A stretch of 64,000 bases of DNA from an uncultured Lachnospiraceae bacterium. Its GTDB lineage: Bacteria; Bacillota; Clostridia; Lachnospirales; Lachnospiraceae. Every line of letters begins with the position of its first letter. Positions within the stretch are counted from its first letter, which is position 1. The DNA lies in the NCBI GenBank assembly GCA_947383945.1, contig CANDFH010000005.1, positions 22,791 to 86,790 on the forward strand, in the 5' to 3' direction. The position numbers and the translations under genes were made by a program. Below, piece by piece: positions 19,313 to 29,406 of the stretch. The notes beneath the pieces were generated by a model. The model searched no databases and had not been told where the DNA came from. It saw only the letters and a program-made list of their open reading frames with translations.

Positions 19313-20374
19313 CTATTTTTGCTCACTGTTCACTGGTCCTGTCGTATCTCTCACAACAAGTTTTGTCTTTATATACTGGACTTGCTGAACCTTCTCGCCC
19401 TCCACCGCTGCGACCGCGGAACTCACAATCCTCTCGCCAAACTTGTCATAGCCATAATCAATGCTTGTCAGCTTCGGCGTAACCAGACTAGAAATAAACG
19501 TATTATCATAACCCATCACCGAAATATCTTCCGGAATACTCAGACCATGACCACGGATATTTGCCATCACCCCAAGCGCAGTGTACTCGTTGATTGCCAC
19601 AACCGCCGTCGGCACTTCCCCCGCGGCAAACAAAGCCTCCATCTGTTTATAACCTGCTTCGTAATCGTAGTTGCCTTCCTGGCGATACAGCTCGTTTGGA
19701 AACGGCAGCCCGTATTTTTTCAGCATACGCCGATAAACTCTCTCTCTCTCCTCTGTGGCAATATCGCTGTCCACACCGCCGAGAAATGCAATCTTGCGAT
19801 GACCAAGCTCAGCTAAATATTCTATCACAATCTCCATAGACTGTCCAGCGTCAATCTGGACACGGTAACATCCTGTGCCATCCAACTTTCCGGTTATCAT
19901 CATCGGAATATTCTTTGTCGTTCGGTTTACATGTTCGGCATACTCTTTGTTTGTGCAGACCTCATCCACTCTTCCACCCATCTGGATAATCGCGTCAACC
20001 CGTTTTTCCTCCAGCATCTCCAGCAAAATCTTTTCCTGCTCTCTGTCGCAGTAAGAATTGCACAACAGTACGGTGTATCCCTTTCTGCGCGCTGCCGCCT
20101 CGCACGCGACAAACAGTTCAGAATAAAACGGATTTCGGATATCCGCCACCATAATGCCGATTGTCTTGCTCCTTGTGTCAACCAGCCCTCGCGCCATTGC
20201 ATTCGGTCTAAAATTATACTTTTCAATAATTTCAAGAATTCTTTCTCTCTTGTCCGTTCGAACGTTCGTGCTGTTTGTCAACACGCGCGAAACGGTGGCA
20301 GCTGATACATTCGCTTCCTTTGCTATATCGTATATCGTAATGGCTCTGCCCTCATTTTCCTTGTTGCAATCCAT
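19313..20374 (-). CDS. LacI-family transcriptional regulator
   Basis: N-terminal HTH ITIYDIAKEANVSAATVSRVLTN; periplasmic-binding-fold C-terminus. Start chosen at MDCNKENEG; the ORF track extends to 20458. Confidence 0.8.
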   Translation of the reverse strand: MDCNKENEGRAITIYDIAKEANVSAATVSRVLTNSTNVRTDKRERILEIIEKYNFRPNAMARGLVDTRSKTIGIMVADIRNPFYSELFVACEAAARRKGYTVLLCNSYCDREQEKILLEMLEEKRVDAIIQMGGRVDEVCTNKEYAEHVNRTTKNIPMMITGKLDGTGCYRVQIDAGQSMEIVIEYLAELGHRKIAFLGGVDSDIATEERERVYRRMLKKYGLPFPNELYRQEGNYDYEAGYKQMEALFAAGEVPTAVVAINEYTALGVMANIRGHGLSIPEDISVMGYDNTFISSLVTPKLTSIDYGYDKFGERIVSSAVAAVEGEKVQQVQYIKTKLVVRDTTGPVNSEQK

Positions 20375-20556
20375 TGTAGACACCCTAATCCCTGTCAAAA
20401 CTTTTACTGGTCTTAACTCTATAAGGAATATTGTATTTACCTTTTCTTTCAATGTCAAGCAGAAAAACTGACAAATTTAACTTTTTACAGCAAAAAACGT
20501 ATTCGTACAAGGGCAAATGGTTCCAAAACGTCTTAAAACAAAAGTTGTAAATCTTA

Positions 20557-22086
20557 CTACTGCTGTCCTTTTCTCTTTTCACTGGCAGGAAGCGACACGC
20601 GGAATATTCTGCGCATCAGCTCGCGGAAATGAAATGGAACCAGCGGATAAATATAACTTTTTCCCGCGATTGTCTTGTTGAAGCAAAGGCAGCAAAGTGC
20701 AAATAAAATCCCTACGGCAAAGCCCCATATTCCAAACCATGCTGTTAAAAGCAATGTGATCAACCGCATAAACTTTAACGCATAGCCAAGTTCAAAATTT
20801 ACCTGTGTGTAATTGGCTATTGCGACAAACGCCATATACATCATCGCTTCCGCATTAAACCAGCCGGAACTTACCGTGAACTCGCCAATTACAAGACCCG
20901 AAATAACACTGAGCGGCGTGCTTAACATATTTGGTGTATTAATGGACGCCAGCCTTAAACCGTCAATGGTAAATTCCAAAATTAAAAACTGCCAGATCAG
21001 CGGAATATTCATTGTTTCTTTTACCGCGATAAATTCAAATCCTTTTGGCACATACTCAGGATACTCCGTTAAAAGAAGAAACATCGGAGTTAAAACAATC
21101 GCCAAAATGTTGATAATCAAACGCGACAATCGAAGATATGTGCCTGTGATCGGCGGAAAATAATAGTCGTCGGCTTCCTCGACAATATCAAAAACACTGG
21201 CTGGAAGTATCATCGCGGAAGGCGAGTTGTCAACAAGCAGCACAACGCTTCCCTCAAGGATACAGGCCGCCGCAGTGTCGGGTCTTTCCGAGTACTTAAA
21301 TTTTGGGAACGGATCGATCCACTTTGCCGAAAACAAACATTCCGCAAGGCTTTGCTGATTCATTGTCAGCGCGTCAATGGAAATATCTTTAATTTTCTGT
21401 GTGACTGTCGCAAGAAATTTTTTATCCACTCGGTCTTCCATATAACAAACTGCAATATCTGTACGCGAACTTTTTCCGACCGAAAGCATCTCAATTGTAA
21501 ACTGCGGCGTGCGGATACGCCGGCGAATCAACGCAGTGTTATATACAAGCGTCTCGACAAATCCATCCTTCGACCCGCGCATCGCTTTGTCCTTATCTGG
21601 TTCTGTAACGCTTCTCGCCGGATAATTTCGGAAATCAATTGTGACCGCAACGCCAAAGCCATCCACAATCAGCGCCGGCTTCCCGGAAAGTATTGCTCCG
21701 ATCAGTTTTTCCATATCTCTGACAAGTTCCAATTCACCGTAAGGAAGATATTTTTGCAGCAGATCGTCAAATGTCTGCGGCGTATCTTCCGCTTTTAACC
21801 CGCCAAAATACTGCAATAATTTTTGTAATGTATCATCTTTGTGAAAGCCGTCAATAAAGTAAAAACATGCTTGTTTTTCCCCAATATAGAAAAAACGTTT
21901 CAGCAAATCAAAATTTTTGTCTACCTGCAAAATCCGGTCAAAAGTTCCCATATTGTCCGCAAGCCTGGTTGACAAAATCTTTCCCTTCAGCTCGTCAAGA
22001 CTCTTTATTTCCGGTTCTTTCGCTTGTCCTTTCTCGTCATTCATCTCAATCTCCATTCTGGAACGCTTATACGACAGAGCTGCCAA
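20557..22086 (-). CDS. Spore germination protein, GerA family A subunit (GerAA/GerKA-like); orphan, with no adjacent B/C subunit genes
   Basis: 509 aa; soluble N-terminal domain with a GerA-type region (DGFGVAVTIDFRNYPARSV...GFVETLVYNTALIRRRIRTPQF) followed by a C-terminal multi-TM region. Confidence 0.75.
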   Translation of the reverse strand: MAALSYKRSRMEIEMNDEKGQAKEPEIKSLDELKGKILSTRLADNMGTFDRILQVDKNFDLLKRFFYIGEKQACFYFIDGFHKDDTLQKLLQYFGGLKAEDTPQTFDDLLQKYLPYGELELVRDMEKLIGAILSGKPALIVDGFGVAVTIDFRNYPARSVTEPDKDKAMRGSKDGFVETLVYNTALIRRRIRTPQFTIEMLSVGKSSRTDIAVCYMEDRVDKKFLATVTQKIKDISIDALTMNQQSLAECLFSAKWIDPFPKFKYSERPDTAAACILEGSVVLLVDNSPSAMILPASVFDIVEEADDYYFPPITGTYLRLSRLIINILAIVLTPMFLLLTEYPEYVPKGFEFIAVKETMNIPLIWQFLILEFTIDGLRLASINTPNMLSTPLSVISGLVIGEFTVSSGWFNAEAMMYMAFVAIANYTQVNFELGYALKFMRLITLLLTAWFGIWGFAVGILFALCCLCFNKTIAGKSYIYPLVPFHFRELMRRIFRVSLPASEKRKGQQ

Positions 22087-22415
22087 ACAGATTTAAAACG
22101 TTCCCTGCAAATTTGTTTAAAAAATATCAGTAATTAAAATTCTTTTTATAAACCTTAATTTCTGATACTTTTCTGTGCATGCGACATTGTATGAAACAAT
22201 TTATAGATACAATGCTGGATTGCAGCATACCGTTTGTGCTAGTATGTGCAGGATTATAGAAATTATTGCTTTTTCTTTTAAAGTCAGATATAATGTATTG
22301 GACAAAGAACAACGAAAGGAGCCGGGCTTTCCCGGATACATAGATGAGTCTTATTTTATGTTCTGTCAAATCACGTTTCCGGTCTGCCATGGCATACTTT
22401 TTTGGTATTAATCAG

Positions 22416-23782
22416 ATGTTAAAACACACAGAATTGCTTGGTGCAGTACCGACAACCACTGACGTTTACCGCACTTTTTTTAAAGTTGCATGGCCGTCCG
22501 CGCTGGAATCGCTGCTGGTCGGTCTTGTCGGTTCTATCGATACGATGATGGTAGGCACGCTCGGCGAAAACGCGATCAATGCGGTTGGCATTACAAATCA
22601 GCCAAAGTTTATTCTGCTCGCTATTATTTTTTCCCTAAATGTCGGCGTTACGGCAGTTGTCGCGCGGCGCAAAGGACAGAACGACGCGGACGGCGCAAAT
22701 CGTACTATGCGCGCTGCTATCCTGCTTTCCGCCGCATTTTCTCTCACTGCTTCCGCACTCGGTTTTTTATTTGCAAGACCGATCCTTACTTTTGCAGGTG
22801 CAGACCCAATCTACTTGGACGATGCGGTTATCTATTTTCGTATTTTATGCGTCAGCATTGTATTTACCGCGCTGAATCTTACCATCAACGCGGCGCAGCG
22901 CGGGTGCGGCAATACCAAAATTTCTATGCGCACGAATATTGTCGCCAATGTAGTCAATGTTATTTTTAACTATTTTCTGATCCGCGGCGTTTGGATTTTC
23001 CCAAAGTGGGGTGTAAAGGGTGCTGCGGCCGCAACAGCGCTCGGCGCATTTTTTGCCTGTATCATCTCGATTGCTACCTTGTTTTCCAAAAAGGGTTATT
23101 TATCGCTTCTGCGCCGCAACAGCTGGAAGCTTGAACGCAGTCTGCTCTCCCCGGTCTTAAAGTCAGCAGCAGCGCATTGATCGAACAAGTATTTATGCGA
23201 ATCGGCTTTTTTGCTTATGCGAAAATTGTTGCAGGGCTTGGCCCAACCCCTTACGCAACACATCTAATCTGCATGAATATTTTAAATCTCTCGTTCTGCT
23301 TTGGCGATGGACTAAGTATTGCCGCTTCCGCGCTTGTCGGTCAAAACCTCGGCCGCCAGCGATCCGATTTATCAATTCTATACGGAAAAGTAGGGCAGCG
23401 GATTGCATTTATATGTTCCACATTTTTATTTATTCTATTTATCGCCGGACGGCGAGAGCTTGTCTGGCTGTTTTCAAAAGAAGAAGAAATTATCGTTCTC
23501 GGCGCATCCATTATGGTGATTATGGCGTTATCCACCCACTTTCAGACGTCTCAGGTCGTGTTAAACGGCTGTCTGCGCGGCGCGGGTGATTCCGCTTTCG
23601 TCGCTGCCACCTCAATGATTAGCATTGCGGTTATCCGACCAATTTTAACTTATATTCTCTGCTACCCGGCGGGCTTTGGACTTGCTGGAGCATGGATTTC
23701 GCTTGTGGTTGACCAGGGATTCCGCTTTGTCGCAGGTTTCGTTCGATTTAAGGGCGGAAAATGGACGAAGATTCGGTTATAA
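22416..23782 (+). pseudogene. MATE-family efflux transporter interrupted by a frameshift near 23177-23180 (two ORFs, 22344..23180 and 23177..23782)
   Basis: First ORF carries about 7 TM helices of a MATE protein (AWPSALESLLVGLVGSIDTMMVGTLG...), the second carries the remaining about 5 TM. Together they total about 455 aa, typical of MATE; the frames switch at TGA. Confidence 0.55.
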
Positions 23783-23836
23783 AACTATGTTCAAACCATT
23801 TTTCATATAAAAATTTTATTTTAATGGAGGTTTTTA

Positions 23837-24861
23837 TGCAGCAGTATATGGATTACATTATGGAACAGTTAAAAAATCTGCTTGCCATTGACAGTCCTTC
23901 TGGTTTTACAGAAAAGGTGACAGATTACCTGATGAAAGAGTACCAAAGCCTTGGCTACACCCCAGAAAAAACAAAAAAAGGCGGTGTGCTTGTCGATCTT
24001 GGCGGGCAGGGAAACGCGGTTCTTGTGATGGCGCACGTAGATACTTTAGGTGCGATGGTGGCTGAAGTAAAAGGAAACGGCAGATTGCGCATCACATCCA
24101 TCGGCGGGCTGAACGCCAACAATATAGAAACGGAAAACTGCCGTGTCTACACGCACGACGGTCACTGCTATGAAGGCACAATTCAATTGCAGAATGCTTC
24201 CATTCATGTCAACAGAGATTATCAGAAAAAAGAGCGCACATTCGATGATATTGAAGTGCTTTTAGATCATACGGCAGATTCCAAGGAAGCGGTCAAAAAG
24301 CTTGGAATTGAAAACGGTGCTTTTGTCTGTATTGAACCGCGCACTCGCATTACTGAATCCGGTTATATCAAAAGCCGCTTTCTCGATGACAAACTTAGCA
24401 CCGCTATTTTACTCGGTTATGCAAAATACTTAAAAGAGACGGTTTCCTGCCCTTCCCGCAAAATTTATCAGCATATTACTGTCTATGAGGAAATTGGTCA
24501 TGGCGGCTGCGCTTCTGTTCCCGCGGACGTGGAAGAATTGCTTTCTGTTGATATGGGCTGCGTCGGCGCAGGTTTAGAATGCACAGAAAAGCAGGTTTCT
24601 ATCTGCGTGAAAGACAGCCGCGGACCATATCACTACCAGGTTGTACAGGGATTGATCGAGGCTGCCAAGAAAAATGAGATCAACTATGCTGCGGACGTTT
24701 ATCCATACTATGGTTCCGACGCCGACGCTGCTCTTGCCGCAGGCGCGGACGCAAGGCACGGTTTGATTGGTCCGGGCGTGTACGCCTCCCATGGCTATGA
24801 GCGCTCGCACAAGGAAGGTGTAGAAAACACGCTGCGTCTGTTAAAAGCATACCTTGGATAG
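23837..24861 (+). CDS. M42-family metallopeptidase (FrvX/CelM-like aminopeptidase)
   Basis: MQQYMDYIMEQLKNLLAIDSPSGFTEKV...HVDTLGAMV; RBS GGAGG upstream of the ATG at 23837. The ORF-track start at 23761 is probably too far upstream. Confidence 0.7.
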
Positions 24862-24866
24862 TTCTG

Positions 24867-25409
24867 CTAAAACCATCCAAACCCCTTTCCTGCCCAGTAG
24901 ATCAGTCCAAGCAGCCAGCTGCACACAACACCATATAAAATTACTGGGCCAGCGATGGTAAATATTTTACATCCCACGCCAAACACCCATCCCTCCTGCT
25001 TAAATTCAATTGCAGGTGAGGCGACTGAGTTGGCGAAGCCGGTGATTGGCACAACTGTGCCGGCACCGGCAAAACTTGCAAGACGCTGGTACCAGTTTAA
25101 TCCTGTTGTCAGCACAGACAGAAAAATTAAACTTAAGGTTGTATAGGCTGCGGCGGTTTCTTTTTCACATCCAAGCGACTGATACAAATCTAAAAATCCC
25201 TGCCCAAGCACGCAGATCAGACCGCCGACCAAGTATGCCTTACATACATTGCCGATGTAACTGCGTTTTGGCGTTGCTTTTTTCACATACTGATTGTACA
25301 GTTTTTCCCGCTGTTTCGGGTCTTTTTCCTGAACTACTTCCTGAACGAGTTTTTTATCCTGCGGTTTCATATTCTGTTGTATTTCTTTTGCTTTTTCATC
25401 TGGATTCAT
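24867..25409 (-). CDS. spoVAC: Stage V sporulation protein AC
   Basis: Motifs CKAYLVGGLICVLGQ and PITGFANSVASPAIEFKQEGWVFGVG closely resemble B. subtilis SpoVAC; RBS GGAGGGAG upstream of MNPDEK. Confidence 0.8.
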   Translation of the reverse strand: MNPDEKAKEIQQNMKPQDKKLVQEVVQEKDPKQREKLYNQYVKKATPKRSYIGNVCKAYLVGGLICVLGQGFLDLYQSLGCEKETAAAYTTLSLIFLSVLTTGLNWYQRLASFAGAGTVVPITGFANSVASPAIEFKQEGWVFGVGCKIFTIAGPVILYGVVCSWLLGLIYWAGKGFGWF

Positions 25410-25647
25410 AAAGAGACTCCCTCCTTTTATTTTCGATAACAGGCAATTATAAAACTCTGAAAGCCACATAAATCCTGGCTTTTTTGAGATTTCTTTTTGC
25501 ATCTTTCCTCACTAAAATTTAAACTTTTCTATTCATTTTACATAGATTTTTAGCTCAGATAATTTAATTCAGGCTTGTCATCACTCAATTTTCGAAAATA
25601 TTACATACCTGCTTCTTGTTCTATTATCTTTTTGAGATCAATATATC

Positions 25648-26079
25648 TTATAAGAAAAAGTCCACAAATGCGCCTATAAACTTTCCAATAGAAAATGCAA
25701 TCACAAATGCAGCCAATCCGCGATGCAGCTTAATTCTTTTTGAAAAAATAGGAACCACATTCAAAAGCTCTGCAAGAGCGATCGCCAGACATCCTATATA
25801 GATTCCTGCAAAAAAACCAAAAAACGCCAAGACTGGTTCGCTCATCCATCCAAAACCAATCACAGGTCTATAATGAATAAAAATATTTCCAATGGCTGCT
25901 CCGACAACAACACAATCCTCATAAAGCATCGCATGCGCCATCGTCTTTGATACCGCCGCCATACGGCTTACAACGCCGATCATTGTAACAAACGCAAACA
26001 TTCCTCCTGCAATCAGCAGCCCGCTGCAAATCCCAATAATGAAAAAGGCTGCATCCGCCATCCATTTAACTGGAAACAT
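25648..26079 (-). CDS. spoVAB: Stage V sporulation protein AB
   Basis: 143 aa, 4 TM; LAELLNVVPIFSKRIKL resembles SpoVAB LTEVLNLIPVLAKRLHL. Confidence 0.65.
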   Translation of the reverse strand: MFPVKWMADAAFFIIGICSGLLIAGGMFAFVTMIGVVSRMAAVSKTMAHAMLYEDCVVVGAAIGNIFIHYRPVIGFGWMSEPVLAFFGFFAGIYIGCLAIALAELLNVVPIFSKRIKLHRGLAAFVIAFSIGKFIGAFVDFFL

Positions 26080-26701
26080 CGATCGTCTTGCCCTCCCTTG
26101 AAGCAGATTTTAAGATTGCCTCGTTGGAATCCTTTTCATATATTCGAAGCTGTACTTGCAGAGGAGTTGGGTCAGAACTCATTTTCAAATGAGAAAAATG
26201 ATTGAAAAAGACAATAATTCCGGTTGGAAGTCCAATACAATACCCTAATTCCAGCAGTCCAGGTCCTTCTGTCTCGCTCCCCGCAATGATTTTCTCCAAT
26301 CTTGCGAAAATTTCTGAGACGCTTGCATCCTGGTTAAAAGTCATAATCGTAAATGCTGACCCGATCGTTACCGCCAGACAGACAAATATAATTTTTAAAA
26401 CATCTTTCCATTTTTCTTTTTTTTGCGGCGGCTGATATTCCACGATAAAATCAATTTCACCCTCGTTTACAATAAGATAATCAGGATGTTTCTTTTGTAT
26501 AAATTCAATTACTTTCATAATTGAAAAAATATATTTTTGTTTCTGTTCATCTGGTACTACAAAAAGTACCTCCCCGCCAAGTTCATGAAGTACTTTCTTG
26601 TCAGGTCCAGTCATTGTGACAACATCTTCCAAAAACACTTTTTTATTTTTTACAATCGTCGCCTGTTCTGCCTTAATATAAATTACGCGCTCTGCCGCCA
26701 T
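26066..26701 (-). CDS. spoVAA: Stage V sporulation protein AA
   Basis: 211 aa; motif LPTGIIVFFNHF matches the SpoVAA FFNH region; one central TM. Confidence 0.65.
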   Translation of the reverse strand: MAAERVIYIKAEQATIVKNKKVFLEDVVTMTGPDKKVLHELGGEVLFVVPDEQKQKYIFSIMKVIEFIQKKHPDYLIVNEGEIDFIVEYQPPQKKEKWKDVLKIIFVCLAVTIGSAFTIMTFNQDASVSEIFARLEKIIAGSETEGPGLLELGYCIGLPTGIIVFFNHFSHLKMSSDPTPLQVQLRIYEKDSNEAILKSASREGKTIDVSS

Positions 26702-26874
26702 TCCACTACCTCTTCTTCAGGTTCTATTGCAAAGCCGTATTTGGTATCAAATATTTTTACAAATGTTCCCTCCGGTGCAGTCTTATCCTTCTTTTGAAAA
26801 AAGGAAAAATACAGCACTGCCGCAACAATCCCAAGCACCACACACACACCAGCAACCCAGATCGTTTTTCTCAT
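26683..26874 (-). CDS. Small membrane protein (63 aa) that overlaps the spoVAA start by 19 nt
   Basis: MRKTIWVAGVCVVLGIVAAVLYFSFF...; strong RBS GGAGGG 7 nt upstream of the ATG. Confidence 0.4.
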   Translation of the reverse strand: MRKTIWVAGVCVVLGIVAAVLYFSFFQKKDKTAPEGTFVKIFDTKYGFAIEPEEEVVEWRQSA

Positions 26875-27095
26875 ATAAATACCCTCCAATCGTAGCTTAT
26901 TTTTCAGAAAAGTTACACTCTAGGACTAGTTTTTCCAATGAGAAAAAAAATATTCGCGCGTGGATCTCTTTCCCTGTTTATGATAAGGATAGCATTATAC
27001 ATTTTTTATATTTCTTTTTATTTACAACAAAAAAAAACCGCCTCGCTGGAACAGTTTTTTGTTCCGCGTGCGGCAAAATAAAATAAAAAAACATA

Positions 27096-27710
27096 TTATC
27101 GCAAACTGTTTTGACAGCGCTGAAAAAACTTTAAAAATCCGTCCTCCACCGCAACTTTATTTATTTTCTCCTCCTCGATATCATAATAATATTTTCCTGT
27201 TTTTAAATCGACGGAAAGGCTGTCCAACGGAAATCCTTTTTTTCTTATTGTATGCGGTTTTGAAGTTAAAAGAAACCACTCGCTCGCCATATCTTCCTCC
27301 ATCGCCTCATAGATAAGTTCGTTGTCTATAACAAGACATATCGCATTTTGATACCTCGCCTTCAGCCCTCCATATTTCTCTGCCAATGCCGAATAATGCG
27401 CAATCATTTCATCATCCGTCAAATATTTTCCACCGACAGTCCTTACATGTATACCCGGCTGCTCCTGTTCTGGCACACCCTCAAAATACAGACCGGAATC
27501 ACACGAAAAAACAGGAATATTCAACGCTTTATAATATTCTGTTGCCTTTTTTCTTGCATTTTCAAGAGGAGTTCTGCCATCCTCGACAACCTCCGGCAAA
27601 TTTTCTTTCATATCTTTAAGACCAATCAATTCCACTCCAATCCCTTCCAATCGCCTGCTCATAGCAGCAAATTTTGCGGGATTTCCCGTACCAAACAACA
27701 CTTTCATCAC
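27096..27710 (-). CDS. Ham1/RdgB-like non-canonical purine NTP pyrophosphatase family protein
   Basis: FGTGNPAKFAAM (resembles ATGNxGKxxE) and FSCDSGLYFEG (resembles the DSGL motif). Confidence 0.6.
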   Translation of the reverse strand: MMKVLFGTGNPAKFAAMSRRLEGIGVELIGLKDMKENLPEVVEDGRTPLENARKKATEYYKALNIPVFSCDSGLYFEGVPEQEQPGIHVRTVGGKYLTDDEMIAHYSALAEKYGGLKARYQNAICLVIDNELIYEAMEEDMASEWFLLTSKPHTIRKKGFPLDSLSVDLKTGKYYYDIEEEKINKVAVEDGFLKFFQRCQNSLR

Positions 27711-27891
27711 GAATGTCCTCTTTCAATTATTTTTCTGCATCAATCAATAATATTTTATCCGCACAAGTTTACAGATTTTTGATTTATATGTCTTTGTTTT
27801 AAAAAAACTGAAATGCTGCATCATGACCTTTTCAAAACTTATAAACGGTTGTTTTATTTAAAAATTATAAAATTATTTATTGATAAAATAT

Positions 27892-28410
27892 TTATAACAT
27901 CCAATCTGTTTTTTCTTCTTTCCAGACCATCGATTCATCATCTTTTCTCCATTCAACCTGCTTGCACTTAAAAATTCCTACTTTAAAATCTTCCTCGTTA
28001 AAATCCTCCACATCCATAACATTATATCCCTCAAGTATCAGCCCTTCCGCAAATAATCCTCCTCCTTCGACAATCTTTTCAGAAAACCCATCGTGGATGT
28101 TGTTCACTCCGCACATCGAACTTTTGGACTGCAAAATAGCAAGATCAATGTTTTCCTCCCTTGCCACTCCCACGGCCATATCTGCTGCAAACTGATAATC
28201 CATGCAGACGTCCTCGCCGTCGCTGTCCACTGGAAACATTTCCACAAATTCTACACGTTTTCTTGGAGTCGGCATACCTATAAGTACCTGGGGACATACT
28301 TTAATTACTTTATGTCCCTCCATACAGCGTGCAACTACTTCATTATAATTATTTCCGCCATCATATCTGCAACAGTCACCCAAAATACAAGCGCTTACTA
28401 AAATTGTCAT
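27892..28410 (-). CDS. DUF523-family protein (TudS-like putative 2-thiouracil desulfurase)
   Basis: MTILVSACILGDCCRYDGGNNY is the characteristic DUF523 cysteine motif; start trimmed to MTILV. Confidence 0.6.
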   Translation of the reverse strand: MTILVSACILGDCCRYDGGNNYNEVVARCMEGHKVIKVCPQVLIGMPTPRKRVEFVEMFPVDSDGEDVCMDYQFAADMAVGVAREENIDLAILQSKSSMCGVNNIHDGFSEKIVEGGGLFAEGLILEGYNVMDVEDFNEEDFKVGIFKCKQVEWRKDDESMVWKEEKTDWML

Positions 28411-28546
28411 CTTTTTCTCCCATTCCTTTGCACACGGCAAAAACAATCCCTTTGTGAATCACAAAATTTTTTAGTATGTATTCTTCTACCGTCTAAAAAC
28501 TTTTCTCCCGCTTTTCACATTTTAAAGCTGCCCTTTTGCTCTTGGT

Positions 28547-29125
28547 CTAAGCCTTTGTCCGCTCTTCTTTCTCACGCTCTATTTTTGCGCGCTTCATACA
28601 TCGTTCCACAAACTCTGTTTTCGCTTTTGTGTATTTGTCGCGGTCGTACTCATATTTTTCCCAAAGCCGAAATTTCAGCCTTTCATACTCTCTTGCCGTT
28701 TCTTCGTGATTTCTCAAATAATCTCTAAAATACAGCTCGTCATTGTCTCCTGCATATCTCAAATGCAGATGAAACACTCGCTCCGCAAATCCCTCCTCTG
28801 TATAACCTTTGTTAAATGAAAGACGGCAGCCTTCTCCCCCCATAAAAAGATATCCTGTTTTCAGCAGTATTTTTTTCACTTCCTCAAAGTCGCTTCCCTC
28901 AGACATTTCCACAAGAATATCAACGATCGGTTTCGCCCATATTGTTTCAATCGCAGTACTTCCAATATGGCTGATCTGCTTCACTTTTGTTTCCGACAAC
29001 GCTTCTTTTAACACGCATGCTTCTTCTCTAAACCAATCTTCCCAGCACGCTTGATGTCCTGTCAAGAAAATCGGGAACAGCTGCCACAATTCTTCCAAGC
29101 TCATCTCCGAAAGCTTTTTTCCCAT
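28547..29125 (-). CDS. GrpB-family protein (nucleotidyltransferase-fold, UPF0157)
   Basis: HIGSTAIETIWAKPIVDI and FHLHLRY are typical GrpB motifs. Confidence 0.65.
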   Translation of the reverse strand: MGKKLSEMSLEELWQLFPIFLTGHQACWEDWFREEACVLKEALSETKVKQISHIGSTAIETIWAKPIVDILVEMSEGSDFEEVKKILLKTGYLFMGGEGCRLSFNKGYTEEGFAERVFHLHLRYAGDNDELYFRDYLRNHEETAREYERLKFRLWEKYEYDRDKYTKAKTEFVERCMKRAKIEREKEERTKA

Positions 29126-29355
29126 CCCTTATTTCCATCCTTCCTGTCACCGAAAATATAAATAAACTTTATATTTCTTTTTTAATATAATTGTCAGAAA
29201 CTACTTTTATTTGCCATAATACACCCAAAGTATTTATTCCCAGTGATGCAACAGCTTTTTTCGCAATGACATAATTTTATATCTTTGGTCTGTCTCAACC
29301 ATTGTAACATTTTGGAAGTTATTGTACAAGAGAAAAAATATAAAATACAATAAGC

Positions 29356-29403
29356 CGACAACCTTTTCCGACACGCTTGAAATCGTGCCGGAAAAGGTTG
29401 TCG
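29356..29403 (-). terminator. Very stable hairpin immediately after the rtcB stop, followed by a U-rich tract: terminator of the MVP-rtcB operon
   Basis: CGACAACCTTTTCCG-ACACGCTTGAAATCGTGC-CGGAAAAGGTTGTCG, then GCUUAUUGUAUUUUAUAUUUUUUC on the minus-strand RNA. Confidence 0.6.
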
Positions 29404-29406
29404 TTG

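Noticed and set aside
22190-22225. Inverted repeat ACATTGTAT-N14-ATACAATG between gerAA and the MATE gene
   Set aside because: Short, imperfect, and without a recognisable cognate regulator. It is mentioned only as a possible operator.
23761-23836. Upstream extension of the M42 peptidase ORF (MDEDSVIKL...)
   Set aside because: The internal ATG at 23837 has a canonical GGAGG RBS and the extension overlaps the MATE 3' end.
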